Part shown: piece after piece, positions 61,603 to 64,000 of the stretch | Layout of the letters: the number at the start of each line of letters is the position of its first letter | How positions within the stretch are numbered: the stretch's first letter is position 1 | Assembly (NCBI GenBank): GCA_963795085.1 | Contig: CAWCFX010000001.1 | Coordinates: 224,001-288,000, forward strand | Length of the DNA stretch: 64,000 nucleotides | Direction: 5' to 3' | Origin: an uncultured Gemmatimonadales bacterium | GTDB taxonomy: Bacteria; Gemmatimonadota; Gemmatimonadetes; Gemmatimonadales; GWC2-71-9 | Made by a program: the position numbers and the translations under genes | Notes under the pieces: model-generated | Told to the model about the DNA's origin: nothing | Database searches by the model: none | The model's input: only the letters and a program-made list of their open reading frames with translations

Positions 61603-63315
61603 GTGATTTTTTCGATCGACTCGACGTCGTGTGTCGCTTGTCTTGCCTGCGTCCGGGTCTGTCCGACCGAGGCGGTCGCGTTCGAGGATCCGGTCGTGCG
61701 CATCGTGGACGAGCGGTGCATCCGCTGCGGCCAGTGTGTCCCGGCCTGCCCTCACGACGCCATTGACGTGAGCGGGCAGATCGGGCGGGCGCTGTCGATT
61801 GCGGCGCAGGGGGGCGGCATCCTGATCCTGAGCCCCGAGGTCGCGGCCCACTTCCACCCGCTGACGCCGGAGCAGGTCATCAACGCCTGCTACGCCGCGG
61901 GGTACCGGTCGGTGTACCGCGGCGTGATCGGCGACGAGCTGGTGGCGGGCGAATATCTCAAGCTCTGGGACGACGATTCCTGGGGCACCATGCTTCGCTC
62001 CACCGACCCGGTGGTGGTCGAGACGATCACCAGCATCTACCCCGAGCTGGTGCCGTACCTGGCTCCCATCACCTATCCGCCGATCGCGGAGGCGCGCTAC
62101 CTCCGGGCGCTCTACGGCAGCGAGCTGCCGATCGTCTTTGCCGGCATCTGCCCGCCGGTGGGCGCGCCGGAGCTGGATGCCGGGATCACCTTCCACGACC
62201 TGGAGCAGTTGCTCAAGTTGCGGGGGGTGAACGTGGCGGCGATGGCGACCTTCTTTACCCGGATTCCAGAGGAACGGCGCCGCCACCTCTCGGCGGCGGG
62301 CGGGCTGCCGCTGGCCATGCTGGAGGAGGTCCGCCAGGCGGACGGGCGGTTCCGGAAGGTACGCGGCCTGGAGACCCTCCCGGCGCTGGTCCAGGCGATT
62401 ACGGTGGACCGGTTGGACCTGGGCTTCGTGGACATCCTGTCTTACGAGGGCTCCCTGGACCACCCGCTCTCGGGCCCGCCCGAGAAGTACTTCTGGCGCC
62501 GGTCGGTGGTGCAGCGGAGCGAGCCGCCCCGGAGCCCCGACCCGGTGGTGGACTCGGCGGTGGTGGCCAGCGTGGGCGCGACTTTCGAGGTGCATCCCCG
62601 GCGCCGCGCCGCCCTGCCGGACCCGGCCGCCGTCGAGAGCGTGCTCCACGCGATCGGCACCGGGCCCAACGGCCGGCCCTGGGACTGCCGGGCCTGCGGC
62701 TTCGAGACCTGCCAGCGCTTCGCGGAGGCGGCGGCGGGCGGGCGGGCCCTGATCCGGCAGTGCGTCATCTGGCAGGAGCACCGGGCCGATTCCGCGCAGC
62801 AGGAGGCGGCGGTAGATACCCTCACCGGGCTCGCCACCTTCAAGGTGCTCCGGGACCGGATCGGCTACGAAATCGAACGCAGCAAGCGGAGCGGCGAAGG
62901 CTTCGCGCTGCTCTTCATTGACCTGGACCATTTCAAGGTGGTCAACGACCGGTTCGGCCATGAATCGGGCAACGAGGTGCTCCGCTCGGTCGCCGGCGAG
63001 ATCCGGGCGGCGGTCCGGGCCAGCGACCTGGCGGCGCGCTACGGGGGCGATGAGTTCGTGGTGATCCTGACCCGGACCGACCTGGCCGGCGCCAACCGGG
63101 TGGCGGAGGCGCTGCGGGCCGGCATCGAGGGAGTGGGCCGGCGGCTGGGGTACGAGGTGGGTCTGGTGACGGCCAGCGTGGGGGTGGCGGAGTTCAACCC
63201 CAGCCGGCCGGCCGATGGCGACCTGATGGTCCTGGCCGACCGGGCGCTGTACGTGGCCAAGTCGGCCGGCAAGAACGCGGTGGGGACGCCGGACGGGGTC
63301 CTGGTGTCGGATTAA
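61603..63315 (+). CDS. Diguanylate cyclase with 2x[4Fe-4S] ferredoxin, degenerate [FeFe]-hydrogenase-like and FeS domains
   Basis: CVACLACVRVCP, CIRCGQCVPACP, DCRACGFETC, DLDHFKVVNDRFGH, RASD I-site, GGDEF. Confidence 0.85.
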   Translation: MIFSIDSTSCVACLACVRVCPTEAVAFEDPVVRIVDERCIRCGQCVPACPHDAIDVSGQIGRALSIAAQGGGILILSPEVAAHFHPLTPEQVINACYAAGYRSVYRGVIGDELVAGEYLKLWDDDSWGTMLRSTDPVVVETITSIYPELVPYLAPITYPPIAEARYLRALYGSELPIVFAGICPPVGAPELDAGITFHDLEQLLKLRGVNVAAMATFFTRIPEERRRHLSAAGGLPLAMLEEVRQADGRFRKVRGLETLPALVQAITVDRLDLGFVDILSYEGSLDHPLSGPPEKYFWRRSVVQRSEPPRSPDPVVDSAVVASVGATFEVHPRRRAALPDPAAVESVLHAIGTGPNGRPWDCRACGFETCQRFAEAAAGGRALIRQCVIWQEHRADSAQQEAAVDTLTGLATFKVLRDRIGYEIERSKRSGEGFALLFIDLDHFKVVNDRFGHESGNEVLRSVAGEIRAAVRASDLAARYGGDEFVVILTRTDLAGANRVAEALRAGIEGVGRRLGYEVGLVTASVGVAEFNPSRPADGDLMVLADRALYVAKSAGKNAVGTPDGVLVSD

Positions 63316-63402
63316 GACTTTTTGCCCGGGCGCCGATATACCAGACGGCGGCACCGGGGGCATCCTGTTGGCTGACCATTCCTCGGCAACCACGAGACTG
63401 AT

Positions 63403-64000
63403 TTGACCTCTTTCTCCCCCCGTTACGACGCCTCGGCAGGCCGCCCCGGCGGCACCGCCGACACGGCCGGCCAGCCCGATCCCTGGGGGGTCCGCCGGGC
63501 CGAGAACCTGCTCACCAGCCTGGAAGGGGTACTCTCGGCGCGGGTGGTGACGACGCCGCTGGGCGAGGTGAGCGAGGTCCATATCCTGGCGCAGTCGGGG
63601 CTGTCACCCAAGCAGATCGTCCGGAACATCGAGTCCGCCCTGCTGGCGCAGTTGGGCCTCAAGATCGACCACCGGAAGATCAGCGTGGCGCAGACGGCCG
63701 AGGTGCGGCCGCTGGAGGCGCTGGACCGGGATGCGGTGCGGGAGCGCTCCATGCAGCGGGGGCTCCTGTTCGACTCGCTGGCGGTGGCGCCGGGGCGGCC
63801 CCACCGGATCTCGATCCGGGTGGCGCTGTCGTTCGACGGGCAGAGCGAGAACGCCGAAGAGGAGGCCAGCGACACTCCGCGGAGCCGGGTGGAGGGGGCG
63901 GCCCGGGCCAGCACCCAGGTGCTGGACAAGCTGCTCAAGGACCACTCGGTGGCGCTGGAGGGAGCCCGGATCATCGAGGCCTTCGACCGCCAGTTTGTAT
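63403..64000 (+). CDS. Conserved-looking hypothetical protein, 3' end outside the window
   Basis: Manual translation: open frame with GVLSARVV....GEVSEVHILA.....PKQIVRNIESALLA..G..IDHRKISVAQ; TTG start inferred. Confidence 0.75.
   Translation, partial: MTSFSPRYDASAGRPGGTADTAGQPDPWGVRRAENLLTSLEGVLSARVVTTPLGEVSEVHILAQSGLSPKQIVRNIESALLAQLGLKIDHRKISVAQTAEVRPLEALDRDAVRERSMQRGLLFDSLAVAPGRPHRISIRVALSFDGQSENAEEEASDTPRSRVEGAARASTQVLDKLLKDHSVALEGARIIEAFDRQFV

Overview
GC-rich bacterial chromosomal segment, most consistent with Gemmatimonadota (inferred from gene content and style, not from a search). The core is a type IVa pilus locus spread over about 16.8-36.3 kb: pilS/pilR-like two-component system, a sigma54-driven major pilin, minor pilins and pilMNOPQ. 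It is followed by aroC-aroK, topA-trmFO-xerC-hslV-hslU, argE-like and hutF-like genes, a MATE transporter, an ECF sigma module, argF, gcvT, a mog/moaB-family gene, a sigma54 activator, and a diguanylate cyclase fused to a degenerate [FeFe]-hydrogenase-like domain. No rRNA, tRNA, cas gene, transposase or reverse transcriptase was recognised. The most unusual content is non-coding or cryptic: (i) an AT-rich tandem array of five ~145-bp hairpin units (22.25-22.96 kb); (ii) a degenerate 21-bp-period array (25.08-25.46 kb) between a frameshifted prepilin remnant and an orphan helical protein gene; (iii) a ~280-bp hairpin built of 17-bp units between pilR and the pilin promoter; (iv) a nested direct/inverted repeat element at 46.5-47.2 kb; (v) 7- and 8-mer tandem runs just after stop codons. 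Exported proteins are also strikingly rich in D-(S/T)-x motifs that match the Bacteroidota O-glycosylation sequon.
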